NCBI GenBank assembly: GCA_951406725.2
Contig: OX597814.1
Location: 44,888,001 to 44,952,000, forward strand
Source of the DNA: Octopus vulgaris
Taxonomy: Eukaryota
DNA length: 64,000 bases
Direction: 5' to 3'
Shown here: positions 12,440 to 24,992 of the stretch, piece by piece
Numbering within the stretch: the stretch's first letter is position 1
How the letters are laid out: each line of letters opens with the position of its first letter
The notes under the pieces: generated by a model
Databases searched by the model: none
What the model saw: the letters and a program-made list of their open reading frames with translations, nothing else
Told to the model about the DNA's origin: nothing
Position numbers and translations under genes: made by a program

Positions 12440-15190
12440 CCAGATAATGACGCCGATCCTGCCTACTGTGAAGAAGTGTATATTTCATGGCCGATGTACA
12501 TTCCAAAACGGACAATATTCTAGCACGAAAAGAAATAAATGCACAAAGCGGTAGGCACATCCTTTTACAGTTGAGACGCAAACTGGTCGCGATAGATATC
12601 CACCATACAATCGAAGGAACATATGCGATGTCGGATACACCATCACAATCAAACGAAGATATTTCACTATGGAAATAGGCATTTAATGGATAGTTCCCTA
12701 TTCGCTAAAATTTTTAAAGACTTCTGAAGTACATATCAATTTTGAATTCTGCAGTTCAGTGAAAGTTATTCAGTATACAGGCATACCTCACCCTACGTCG
12801 TTAATTGGTTCCAGAAGACACGACTTAAGTTGAATTAACTTGTCTCTAGGCTAGGCTTGACCGAATTTACTTGTTTCTAGGCTAAACCGATAATAAACAT
12901 TCCTAGTTCTCTACTTTATTTATGAATTCATTTTCAATAAAACATGGTTAATGAAAACCTATTTTAAGCCTACAAACAATTTTTATTTTGTAATACAGTA
13001 CTGTAAAAATAAAAGTAATCTAAATTTATGAATACAATTTTGCGTCGTTTACGTACATCACGGACGCTTTATTTATGAAAGCGGTTTCCAATAAGACACG
13101 TTCTTTTGAGACCTTGTAGCTTGGAATAGTTTTCTCCTCCATGGAAAGGAATAAACGGTCTGGCAATTTTTTCCAATACAATCCAGTTTTGTCTACGTTA
13201 AAAATCTGTTCCAGAAGAAACCCGCTTTCTTCGAAGATTTTTTTAATGCATTAATAAATTCCGCTGCTGCTTGTTTGTCAGCTGATGCAGTTTCACCTTG
13301 CTTCTAAATGGAGTGATAACTTCTTCGCTTTTTAAATCTCATAAACCATCTTTGACTTACCTTGAACTCTACATCTTTCTCATCTGGATATTTTTTTCTT
13401 CAGGTCCTCAAAGAGAACGCTTTCTGTTGAATGATTGACTAATATTAGCACGCTGACGATTCAACCTAACAATCCAAAGAAAAAGAAGACTTTCCATTTC
13501 TTCAAAGATTCTTCCTTTTTTCTTATTGATGACAGTGTTCTTCATCCCTGGGTCTTCGTGCTAAAATCTTGTCCTTATTATGTACAATCGTCGATACAAG
13601 TGTCCGACACATCCCAAAAGATCGTGCAATTACTACCAGTTTTTCACTTTGGCGTTTTATCATAGTCAGTTTATCTTCCAGCGTTATAGCATGACACTTA
13701 GCACTTTCACTATGCATTTTCTTAGGAGTCATGGAGGCATAAAATAAAGTCACAAATGAATGAGAATGAGAAAGTGGCCGATAAACAGACGTAAACAAAT
13801 CTGAATTCAAATCGAGCAATCACGAGTGACAACGACGCCTAATGGTAGATATTGAAACTGCAATGAAATATGAGCTCTGAAAGACATGTAAATAAGACAA
13901 CACAGCTGACTTCATGATTTCGTTCACTAAGCTACTACATTACTTTACGGTGTGTTTTCTAACATTTACTGTATGTATTTTAACGATTTTATATGCGTTT
14001 ATTCTTATTTATTGTAGAGTAACATGATGTTACGTGCTTTTAACGTTTTCTAGTGATCTTACGATTCCAGTATTTCTGGTGGACAGACGTAAAATCGATT
14101 AAAATGACTTTACTTGATTTTTATTTTTCCATCTATTATTTTTGAAAACCGACGTATAATCGAGAACGACTTAAATCGAAACAACTTTAGCCGAGGTATG
14201 CCTGTATGTTAAAATATATGAACAAAGGAAGGGGTCGAGTTGTTCATTCAGTCCAAGATTCACGCTCGAATTTAAACGATGAAATTACCAGAGCGGAAGA
14301 TACATCAGCACAAATGAAAGAATGTGAAGAATTCTGTACTTTCCAATCTATGAACGCCACTCTAACGCAACGCAATTAAATGTCCCGATATCCAGAGACA
14401 AGTATGCTTTGTTTGCATCATCGAAAGCATTTTATTCGCTCTTGCTAAATTAGGTATCTTAACAGAAGAGAGTATAGAAAGGTTTTGACTAGCTTATAAA
14501 TTTGACATAGCTGAAAGAATATTATGATCTTAGACCTTCGTTTGCTTTGAGTGCAAGCATGATCATTTTCTCTGAGTGTCTTTTCAGTAAATACAAAATA
14601 TTTTTGCGTATATACTAATATATTGCTTGGAAATGACAATGATCAAATCCCAGCTGAAAATGACAGATATACTAAATTTCCCTCAGTGCATCAACCAAGC
14701 TTGAGATGTAAATGAGCACGTAGAAGATGTATATATGAATATCTCTACTTCAAAAATGGATTTCAAAATGAGCTGTACGCTTCCTAATAAATGAAAGAGC
14801 AAATCAGATGGATTTTGTTCCAGGAGAGTTAATTATGTATAAAGCTTTGGAATCTATGATGAATCCCTCTGAATCGTTGAATTTCCCCATAGAGATTTTA
14901 AATGAAAGAGCATGAGCATTCTTCATAAAAAATGTGCACGCCACTCGACTTAGCAGTGGGATTCGACAGGTGATGAAGAAAACACTTCACGCGTCATGGA
15001 AGCAGCAATTTTGACATGTGAGATGTTTTCATTGCAGGTATTCCTTTGATCCTGACAGATGTGCCATTCAGATTTAAACAACACCAGTTTCCAGTAGGCC
15101 TTTCACTTTCAATGAGCATCAATATCACACAAGCTATCAAAGTTACTGAAATAAACTTGGAATTATAATGTGTTTGTCATGATTAATAAA
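12440..15190 (+). mobile_element. Degraded autonomous-type Helitron (Rep + PIF1-like helicase), interrupted by Tigger
   Basis: Rep-like peptides HGRC..NKCTKR, ETQTGRDRYPPY, WIVPYS, HINFEFCSSVKVIQY|..KYMNKG, GRYISTNE, FPIYERH. Helicase peptides IPLILTDVPFRFKQHQFPVGLSLSMSIN at ~15040-15125. Confidence 0.85.
12778..14204 (-). mobile_element. Tigger/pogo DNA transposon, internally deleted
   Basis: TIRs caggcatacctc / gaggtatgcctg with TA duplications (12776-77, 14205-06). Minus translation from ATG at 13732: MTPKK..AITLEDKLTMIKR..VSTIVHNKDKI (HTH), FKVSQRWFMRFKKR, GETASAD, QIFNVDKTGLYWKK; stops and frameshifts. Confidence 0.92.
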
Positions 15191-15793
15191 CCCAGGGAAA
15201 GCCGGCTATTGCAGCTAATGCATTCATAATTCAAGGAAAAAGAAATAATTCATATTTTCACGTGCGCTTGTTCCAGATTATATTTCTGTTCAGTGTTTCT
15301 GTCTTTCCTTGTTTGTTTCAATATTCACTAATGGCAGTTGTTTTCACTTGCAAAAAATATCACACTGACTTTTTTTTTTATTTTCTTAATTATGTTTGTC
15401 TCAGCTGGTGTTGATAGATTTCTATCGATATCTCAGTTATTTATTCATTCCGCTTTTCAATGTAGTTGATTCTGAGCTATTAATTGATATTTTTCACTTG
15501 TATCCTTAAATCTTGTCTCTCGATATCTTCTTTAAATTTCAGAGAAGAGAGTGACATGAAAAAATATTGTTACCATAAATGTGGTGTGTTGGCAAGATTG
15601 GTATAGGGACACACAAAATGCACTGTGGTATTAACTTTCGATTTTTTATCTTCCAAATCCAAATCGTACAAACAATCGTATTTATCTTGTTTAGGTTGAT
15701 AAGATCTAATGAAGTACTGCAGTAGGTATAGTTGACCTATGCTTTTGTGTGTGTGTTTGTATGGTCAAAATCATTATTTTAACGATATAATTA

Positions 15794-16005
15794 GGATGGT
15801 GCTGTAGCAGAAACACTAGACCACTGGACAAAATGCCTTGTGGTATTTCATCCGACTCTTTACATTCTCAATTCTAATTGCACGGAGATTAGCTTAGCAT
15901 TTCATCTCTCGGAGTCGATAAAATAAAACGCCTGCTAGTTACGGGATCGATGTAATCGACTAAGCTTTATCCCCAAATTCTAATCTCGTGCTAATATAAA
16001 ACAAA
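15794..16005 (+). mobile_element. SINE (Nin/Deu-like core), decayed
   Basis: tttcatctctcggagtcgataaaataaa...gatcgatgtaatcgac, matching other copies in the window. Confidence 0.7.
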
Positions 16006-16065
16006 GCAGTTATTTTAAGGACATGGTCGCTATTTAATTACTCTTCTTTTTGAGGTTTACAGCTC

Positions 16066-16305
16066 TATATTTAAGAGATGAAGAATTATTTACATTATTT
16101 ACATTTGATGGATATTTGTCCTCATCTTGTTTGTTGCTAACATAACATTTCGGCTGAAATACCAGGGAGCTTTCTCCAGGTGTCTTGTGGAAATTGTGAA
16201 ACTGATGAAGGCTGAAGGATATATCAACCGAAACGTTGTATTAACAACAAACTAGATGAGGACAAATATCCGTCACATGTAAATTATGTAAGTACGAGTT
16301 CCTCA
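16066..16305. mobile_element. Inverted pair of Penelope-type pLTR ends with hammerhead motif
   Basis: Left arm ...tttacatttgatggatatttgtcctcatcttgtttgttg... is the reverse complement of the right arm. Right arm carries CTGATGA (16202-16208)-AGGCTG..CAACC-GAAAC-GTTGTA (16230-16240). Confidence 0.7.
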
Positions 16306-16391
16306 CTGTCAATTCCATACATCTTTTGTTCTTTCTTCTTTTTCTCCATAATTGTTAGGTACTATGAATCCTTTTTCGTATTTGTCAGCTA

Positions 16392-16464
<73 letters not shown>

Positions 16465-16503
16465 ATTTCAAAAGGATTGACGTAACTCTTCACAAAGGTA
16501 AAC

Positions 16504-18090
16504 AGTCAAGACGAAGAGCGCGATTCGATTGTAAGATATATTTTATTGGTTGAACGATATTTCGACAGTAAGCTTGTCTTTGTCGAGTTTAAAATAAGAA
16601 GTGATAAAAATTAAAAATTATAGAAATTTAAATTTAATGTATGAACGAGAGCCACCAGCGTCCACACGTTGATGGAATTATCAGTCTTTAAGCTTCAAAT
16701 TTATAACAGGCGAAAAGAAAAAGACAGAAAGAGGGGGGGAGGAAAAAGAAAAAAGAATATTTAATCAGCTTTGTATAAATTTGATTATATTCTCCTGCAA
16801 TTTTATTCATTTCTCCTCGTGTATTTTGAGAAGTGAAAGTGACGCAAATTCAGTCGTTTTCAAAATTGCAGCCTTTTGAAGCAAAATGTGCTGCAAATTC
16901 TGTCGAACTACTGTTATTTTGCCTGACGTTATATCTGTACCCATTAAATCTTTTGTGTAATTGTTCAGTTGTACAGCCAATAGAAATCAAGTTGTGTTTT
17001 GTGCATTCTGCCGCGTACACCAAATGGGAATCTCTACATGTCCCACCTTCTGTATAAAACATAACATTTCTGTTATGATTCCTGATGGAATACATTTCAC
17101 TCATGTTATTGCACACATTGAACAGGGCTTACCTCACTTGCGGCTGGTTTTCAAGGCAGAGCGTGCAGATACTCTAATGTTCGTTTTCTGGGAGTCAGAA
17201 ATAGAGGTCAATAATTCTTTTATATTCTTATTCTGTCTGAAGGCTACAATGGGTGGCTGAGAAAATATCTGTTTGAAACGGGGGGATATTTTTTCACCAC
17301 ATGCTGGTAACTTTCATGCAGCAATTCAAATGTCAGCGAAATTTCGGTGCCAGTTAATCACTGAAGAAATTCTGTCAGCTATTGTATCGTGTTTGTTAAA
17401 TTTATGCGTGGAGGTTTAACTAACTTTGCCAATCTTAGCTTTTTTATTTGCTATGTTCTTTAATCGTGATTCACTGTAATCGCGTTTGATATAATGATGT
17501 GCAGAAGCATCTGCATGTTTTCAGTAACCCTCTATGTCAGTATAAATCCATTTTATCCTCAAAAATTGAGATTTCAGATTTGACCGAATAATATGATATG
17601 GATGATCGGAGCGGCGGTGGAGATTAATTTGGGATGACATGGGCTCGCAAAATAACTCCGTCACTATTCTGCCTCCAGGAAACTTAACTTTTGTGTCCAA
17701 AAATTCAACGCTAGTTTTGAAAAACTAGACGTAAATTTTAAGTTGGACGTAAAACCATAGTTTTTAGCATAACAGTCACAGAGATGCGAGAAGTCAATTA
17801 TACTATCCTATGATCCTTCCCAGACAAAAAGGACGTCATCAATGAACCATAACCAAAGTATTAGTTCATGACCATGAAAGAATTTGAATGTCTTCAGTAA
17901 CTGAGTCTCGAATTTCGTCATGAAGATAAAGAAACTAACGGCCATGGGAGCAACCCTGGGGTAACCCTCGTCTGGTGCAAAAATCTTTGCCCAAACTTCA
18001 TTATGTTACTTCCATCAACGTGTGGACGCTGGTTGTTCTCATTCATAAAATATCTACAGCAATCGAATCGCGTTCTTCGTCTTGACTATT
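16504..18090 (-). mobile_element. Penelope-like retroelement (RT C-half + GIY-YIG) with inverted 5' pLTR piece
   Basis: Minus peptides WLWFIDDVLFVWEG (RT) and TCRDSHLVYAAECTKHNLISIGCTTEQLHKRFNGYR (GIY-YIG). Segments 16504-16530 and 16641-16677 recur inverted at ~18009-18088. Confidence 0.88.
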
Positions 18091-18094
18091 ATCA

Positions 18095-18662
18095 TTATCA
18101 TGTGAAGTATGCGTGTAGGATAGAAAAGTATTCCTCACGGCTCCATTTATGTCTTTTGGGTTTTATTTGCGGGACATGAGGAACAACGTCCGGCCCATTA
18201 TTTTGACGGTCGTCATTTTCGTAGGGTACCAGTCCGTTCATTTCTGTTGTCACATTGTTTTGCACGTGTAGTTTTTCGTACATTTTGTGTTGTAAGTTTA
18301 AAGTATGTACCTCCCGATTGTTATTCTTGGGTTGAATAATATCGGTGGTATTTAATTTCTTCGTAGTTCCTTTGTACATGGTTTTGGGGTCGGGGATGAT
18401 CTGGTGTTGATGGATCGTAATGTTTCACGCATGTTTAAATGTGTTGTGTTAGAGGTGGAGATGATATTGAGTCAAAATACATCATTTCGTTTCGAAAATA
18501 GTAATAAATTTCAATGACTATTACTTACTCGGGTACAGTCCAATCCTTTGTTAGTAAATCTTTGGCTCCATACGATGTCCTTGTTTTCGATGTTTGTGGG
18601 TAGATTTCAGAGCTCTGTTTTATCGTACTTACATCTTAAACGTCCCCCGGTGTATCTTCCTT
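18095..18662 (-). mobile_element. 5' end (5'UTR + ORF N-terminus) of an R4/Dong-type LINE
   Basis: Starts right after the (AAT)n tract on minus. ORF 18379-18098 ends in KRHKWSREEYFSILHAYF, typical of the R4/Dong N-terminal motif. Truncated at the Penelope junction. Confidence 0.65.
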
Positions 18663-18663
18663 A

Positions 18664-18777
<114 letters not shown>

Positions 18778-18778
18778 C

Positions 18779-19135
18779 AAAATTCAGTAGTCTTATTTTT
18801 ATCACGTGCCTTCCCTGCACTACCGAGTGCAATTCTGTGTACCTTGGGTTTGTTCTGTAGTTTGTTGCTGTTCTCTTATTTTCATTGTTTTGAAAGTGTT
18901 TTACGTAGGATGTGTGCGGTGCCTAATATTTTCTGGTGCCTTTGCTATGTATCTGTCTGAATATTTTTTTTATCATACCTAATACGCTTACTATGATAAG
19001 AATTTTTTCTGTTTTTAGGTTCCACATTCGAGTTATCTCTATTTCCTGATCTTTGTATTTTGAAAGTTCCTCCGTTTCTTTAAGAGAAACATTGTCATCT
19101 GCTGGTATTGATACATGGATTAGAAAACATTTTTC
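18779..19135 (-). mobile_element. R4/Dong-type LINE 3' end (REL domain + 3'UTR)
   Basis: Same family as 31805-32388 and 34187-34495 (CFLIxVSIPADDNVSLKE..LSKYKD; 3'UTR ctcggtagtg...actactgaat); followed by (AAT)n on minus. Confidence 0.85.
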
Positions 19136-19138
19136 TTG

Positions 19139-19192
<54 letters not shown>

Positions 19193-19925
19193 ACAGCAGC
19201 AGCAACAACAGAGGCATCAGCAGCAACACCATGACCTTCGTCATATCGTATTTGTTCTGAACATTATAATTCTGGCGATAACCGAGTACCTGAACAGAGC
19301 CTGATTATTAGATATTTTTCTATGTATCAGCTCATAAAGAATGTTCATGACGTTTTGCGTTTTATTATGTTTTGCGTTTTATTATGTTTTGTCTATAGAT
19401 ACATAAATTCCAATTACTCATATATGCATTGACATATGCATTTATGAAAACATTTTAAATTCCTCACTTACTGTATCTGCTTATTAGGTTATGCACAACC
19501 CCTAAATGAACCAATATTATACGTTTCACCTCCTAAGGATTTCTTATTTTAGGATTCATTTTCTTAACCCAAATAAAAACGGATGTTAGTATCGATAAGG
19601 TGTTACCATTCACGTCCACATTTTCAGTATTTCCACACCGTTAAATTTCCATAATATTTCATCTTTGTTACAAGAGTTTGATTCTTTTGCCTGACGTATC
19701 AAATCAAGTTGAATACATGCCATTCTTTTTCATTTTCGGAAAATATTGCTCCCTTCATATAGCAATCACCTTGTCCATATAAGATATATATATCTCAAGA
19801 TTATCGTTATATTGCCCCTTTTTTTTATATTGACTCATGCGTACTGTTACACAATATACTACGCGTATTCATTTGGTAATTGGTGTTCTAGTATGTCTGT
19901 GTAAAGAAATCTTAAAATCTTCAAA

Positions 19926-20363
19926 CTTAAAATCTTCAAAGCCACAGTCGAACCAATTCTATTATATGGCTCAGAAACCTGGACGTTATCAAAGAAGTTT
20001 GAGAGGTGGTTCGATGGAACCTACACTCGCCTCCTTATGAGAGCTCAAAATCTCTCGCGGAAGCGTCATCCAACCAAAATGCAAATATATGGGAAACTAC
20101 CACCTGTGTCATCTCTTGTGAAAGGTAGGAGAGTCCAGTTTGTTGGACATTGTTGTAGAGCTGAAAACGAGGCAATTTCTACTTTTCTCCTCTGGAAGCC
20201 ATCTACTCGCGATACCAGAGGGCGCACACAGTCTCCTACCCTGTATCTCCAGGGATACAGGCATCCAGCAACAGGACCTCCGTAATGCTATGATGGACCG
20301 TGAAGTCTGGCGTAGCATGGTAAATTCCATTGTCTCGACCACGGTCGAACAATGATGATGATG
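19926..20363 (+). mobile_element. RTE-like LINE 3' fragment
   Basis: FKATVEPILLYGSETWTLSKK..DGTYTRLLMRAQNL..GRRVQFVGHC; ends in a (GAT)n tail. Confidence 0.85.
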
Positions 20364-20660
20364 TCTGTGTAACTATTTGACATAACAATATAGAAGACGC
20401 GCTGTAAGTCCTTTTTGATTGTTTCAGCAAAATGCTTACATGTATATCTTTTAGAGACTCTTGATGGTGTTTTCATGTTGCTCCTGTCAGCCATGATCAA
20501 GTTGACTTATAATATAAGGGACTTACTCGAACAATTGATTTTTATCCACAGATTCAGTGCTTTATATACGTCTAGTCTTGACATGTTGAGGATTCCACTA
20601 CGTACTTTAGTATTCAATAGTGAATGAGAGTTCGCGTTTTTGTAGAATGTTTCCTGTGTC
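20364..20660 (-). mobile_element. Degraded CR1/L2-like LINE 3' fragment (tentative)
   Basis: Minus IEY*ST*WNPQ..KALxSV resembles LEYxSxVWNP..LExVQ. Confidence 0.3.
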
Positions 20661-22110
20661 TATGCTGTTCTTTAGCGCCAACTCAGAACTGATAAAGCCG
20701 GTAGATGATAAAAAGTCCATCCAGCTATTACCGCTCCATTTTTTTTCCTCTCTGAATTATAGCCGGCACTACATTTTACAATACATCTCCTAAGACAATA
20801 TTAAGATGGAGATATATAGTTGAACCGAAAATATAGTAGCTTATTCTGTAAGTTCGAGCGACCACATAATATTTTTCAGATTGTTTCTGTAACTTTTGGT
20901 ATTGTGAAAAACATAGGCGGGAAGGGATTAAATTGGCTGGAAAATATCAGTTACTGTTCCTTCTATTTGAATCTCTAGTCATGAACATAGTCTTTAAAAT
21001 TGATTATAGCTGTGCTACTACAGTTGTGGGTATGCGCGTTTATCTAGAATGATAGCAGAGATGATGTTTTAGGGTCGGTAGTAGTAATTTGAGATGACAG
21101 AATTGTGTGTATGTCTGTCTGTCTATACGTCTATCTGTCTGTCTGTTTGTGTGTATGTGTATGTGCGCGCGCATGTGTAAGCGTGTGATTTTGTGTGTGA
21201 TTGAACATAGAGTATTATCGGTTGCAGAAATTTGTGCTTAGTGTCATATCGGACGGGTGGCTAGTGCATGCCCAATCTTCCATTTTCAGTATTTTTCTGC
21301 TATTTTGAACATGTATTTGGATGCTGTATATATGCGTCGTATTTATTGATGTGTTGTACATGTTTCCAGAGAGTTTTGTACTTTGCTATGCACGTGCATA
21401 TCAATGTTAAGGATCAATTCAGCACTGTCATCTTCCTTGAAAGATGTAAGTTTGACTTATTTACTATTTCTGAATAATAGCAAATGGTATGTCTAGAATC
21501 TCAAAATGGACGTATGTATCGACTACAAAACAGCATTCTAACCTCCCACAAAATACTACTGAAAATATACAGAAAATATACTAAAAAGTATAAATCTAAA
21601 ACTAGTAATGCAGGAAATAAGTCGATATTTAGTACTGAGTTACTACCATTGTTTTACAGCTATCAAACTGCTGACTGTTTAGACTTGAGCTGACAGCAGT
21701 GACTATATAGTATTTATGCCACAATATTATTCAGTTATTCTTTGGGGATACTTCCTATGGTGAAGTTTCTTTAACCAGGTATTATTTTTATATGTCTTTG
21801 TGCGACGTTGTTTTATTTCTGTTTCAATGTTACTGATGATTTCTGTGTTACAGAATTCTGTCTGATCTCTCTGAATCTCTACGGACATATTAAAACTGTT
21901 TACTTTTATCGAACTTCTCAAACTCTTCTAGAATCTTCTTGTCTTTATTATTTTTATCTTTAACATTTCTTATTCTTGAGATAGTATCTCGCTTAGATTT
22001 TAACCCGACACCTAACAATTATGTTTCTATCAAGATAAAGCCGATATACCACTGCATCTACTTTAACTGGAAAAACATGGTTGAGAATCTGGCTACACGA
22101 TACTTTATTA

Positions 22111-22616
22111 CCGTAAATCTTCGTGTATAGTCCGCCCTTGAGTATAATACGCAGGGGATTTTTAGGGGGCTGTACCTCTGAAAAACCTAAACCTTGTGTA
22201 TAATACGCACTCCTTCTCTAACTTGAGTCGTGCGTAAATAATCCAGCAGCACCTAGTCGAACAAACACTCCCGTGCATGCGTAATACAATAATGATGTTC
22301 TCAACTGTTATATGGGAATGTAAATATGTTTGCAAATTGTGTTTGTTACATGTTATTCTGTGTTCTGAATACTTTTATTTTAATAAATGTTGCTTACTGC
22401 AAGTAATGGATGATTTTTTTAATGACTTCAATGCTTTCAGGCTTAGCTTATGGTATTTTCGCACCCGACGTCACAAAATGCGTCTGAATAAACATTGGCG
22501 AACAGCAAATAGAGACTCGGATATCGCTTAGAAAATATTTTTTTATTTTTAGCCTCGTATATATTACGCACGAGGGATTTCGACCTCTAAATGCGTATTA
22601 TACTCGGGATTTACGG
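22111..22616. mobile_element. Tc2/pogo-type MITE
   Basis: TIRs ccgtaaatc..gtatag / tatactcgggatttacgg with TA duplications (22109-10, 22617-18); subterminal tataatacgca repeats; no ORF. Confidence 0.85.
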
Positions 22617-23164
22617 TATATATTGTATATACCATAAGAATTCACATACGGTTGCGATTGAGTTTTATTTCAATCAGTACAGTTGTGATGACGTGCCTTG
22701 CAAATATTAGCGAGAAGAAATCGTTAGTTTTGCCTAGTGTAACTGTATGTGTTTATCTAAATCAAAGCCATCTCCTGGGCGCAATCCTTAAGTTTCATTT
22801 CATTTTTCTTCGATCTTACAAATTTATGTGTATTGACTTTCTCCAAATTGCTTGCGAATTTGTTACTGATTATTTGTTCTGCAATATTAAGGTTCTTTTA
22901 TATGATTTCGTTTCGATTACAGTCAGAAGTGTTTCACCGTACATCAAATATATATTTCTTTCAATTTGATACTTTAATGATGGAGACCTTTGCCTCAAAA
23001 CTTGTAGCTTTAGTTTCCATAACTCTAAATTTCTGAACTTAGGTTAAGCAAATGATAAAACATTTCATGAAATTCCTCTCTTTGAAATACTTTATGGCTT
23101 TGTCTTTATTTAATTTTGATTATATATATTTATATGCGCGTGTATAGATACATCTATGTATGTG

Positions 23165-23486
<322 letters not shown>

Positions 23487-23499
23487 GTTGTTTACGAAC

Positions 23500-23690
23500 G
23501 AAAGAAGAAAAAGGCATCTAATATATGGTGTAAAGAATATTATTTATCTGAGTTCAAATTCCGTCTAGGTTGACTTCAGGTTTTTATTCTTTCGGAGTCG
23601 ATAAAATAAGTACCAATTACGTACTGGGGTCAATGTAATCGGCTAGCCCCCTCCACACAAATTTCAAGCTTTGTACCAATGGGAGAAGTG
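23500..23690 (+). mobile_element. SINE fragment (Nin/Deu-like core)
   Basis: ctgagttcaaattcc..ttcggagtcgataaaataagtacc..gtaatcg. Confidence 0.7.
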
Positions 23691-24331
23691 ATTATTGTTG
23701 CTGCTGTTGTGTTTTTGGTGATCGTGTTGTTTATATTGTATTTTCTTAATAATTTTTTTTTTTGTGTGTGGCTGCTAGTCTAAGACAATAAAGTTCTTAC
23801 ATCTATATTCGACGATTCGAGATGTCTCATTTTCAAGAATTGTAAGAATTCTCATGTCGGCGCTGTTTCTTATATTCTGATTGAATTCATGTATACTTTT
23901 CCGCCAGCTATTACATTGGTCTACTAACACAACGCTTCCTCGTAGGTTCACCCTGCATTTACAATAAGAGGCAATCTCAAGACACTATATTACACACCAC
24001 AAAACAAGGTCAAAAAGAAAGATACAAGAGGATGATACTTGCGTACTCTACAAAACGTCTGATGGAATATACAATTATACTTTATATTTTCAGTGTGTGA
24101 ATGTCTGTAGGTATATGGTCGCACATATATATATATATATATATATATTCAGATGAATATGGTACTTAAGTTGAAGGCGCCAGAATTTAGTACGCTGTTA
24201 TTCATATAATTCAAAATAAGATGATTATAATCAAAATAAGCAACAAGGATATCCAGAGGCAATGCAGTACGATCGTTTCATGCGACTCCTTTTAATTAAA
24301 CAATGCAAACATTACATCAATATAATGTCAC

Positions 24332-24373
24332 CATGCGCTGACGAGAGGCAATACCTCGAAACCGGTCCGTGTG
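24332..24373 (+). ncRNA. Minimal type I hammerhead ribozyme, copy 1
   Basis: Stem I catgcg/cgtgtg; CTGACGA 24338-44; stem II GAGG-caata-CCTC; GAAA 24358-61; palindromic ACCGGT; GUC cleavage after 24367. Confidence 0.88.
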
Positions 24374-24689
24374 TAGCATCCGTATCTGCGGGGAGGCTGA
24401 TCTCCCTTACAGGCTAGCAAGGACACCGTGATGGTGTCGGCTCTCCTGGTAACGTCTATAGTCGCCTGGGGCTAAATGCATCAGTAACACCCCCACCACC
24501 CCGCCCTGTCCCTAGCCACATTCAGATGGCTGGTCCCGCTTATATTACAGAGCAGTTACTGTTTATACCTCGCTTAGAGATTTATTATTGTTATCGAACA
24601 GATTTTCGACGCCAGTGACTGTGTTTACAGTGAAAATCTATATATTTCTAGCCTGTAGAGGAAGTCCCTCAACGAAGAACGGTGTTTGC

Positions 24690-24731
24690 CATGCGCTGAC
24701 GAGAGGCAATACCTCGAAACCGGTCCGTGTG
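24690..24731 (+). ncRNA. Minimal type I hammerhead ribozyme, copy 2
   Basis: Identical to copy 1: CTGACGA 24696-702, GAAA 24716-19, cleavage after 24725. Confidence 0.88.
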
Positions 24732-24949
24732 TAGCATCCGTATCTTCGGGGAGGCTGATCTCCCTTTACAGGCTAGCAAGGACACCGTGATGGTGTCGGC
24801 TCTCCTGGTGACGTCTATAGTCGCCTGGGGCTAAATGCATCAGTAACACCCCTACCACCCCGCCCTGTCCCTAGCCACATTCAGATGGCTGGTCCCGCTT
24901 ATATTACAGAGCAGTTACTGTTTATACCTCGCTTAGAGATTTATTATTG

Positions 24950-24992
<43 letters not shown>

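Larger units (their letters stand above)
24331..24953 (+). mobile_element. Retrozyme / mini-Penelope unit: direct repeat with 358-bp period
   Basis: Copies 24331-24594 and 24689-24953 differ at 4 positions by eye; 94-bp spacer; 3' end runs into (TA)n. Confidence 0.85.

Noticed and set aside
24331-24953. CRISPR array or LTR retrotransposon interpretation of the direct repeat
   Set aside because: Eukaryotic context, only two 265-bp repeats, no TG..CA ends, PBS or TSD; the hammerhead points to PLE/retrozyme.
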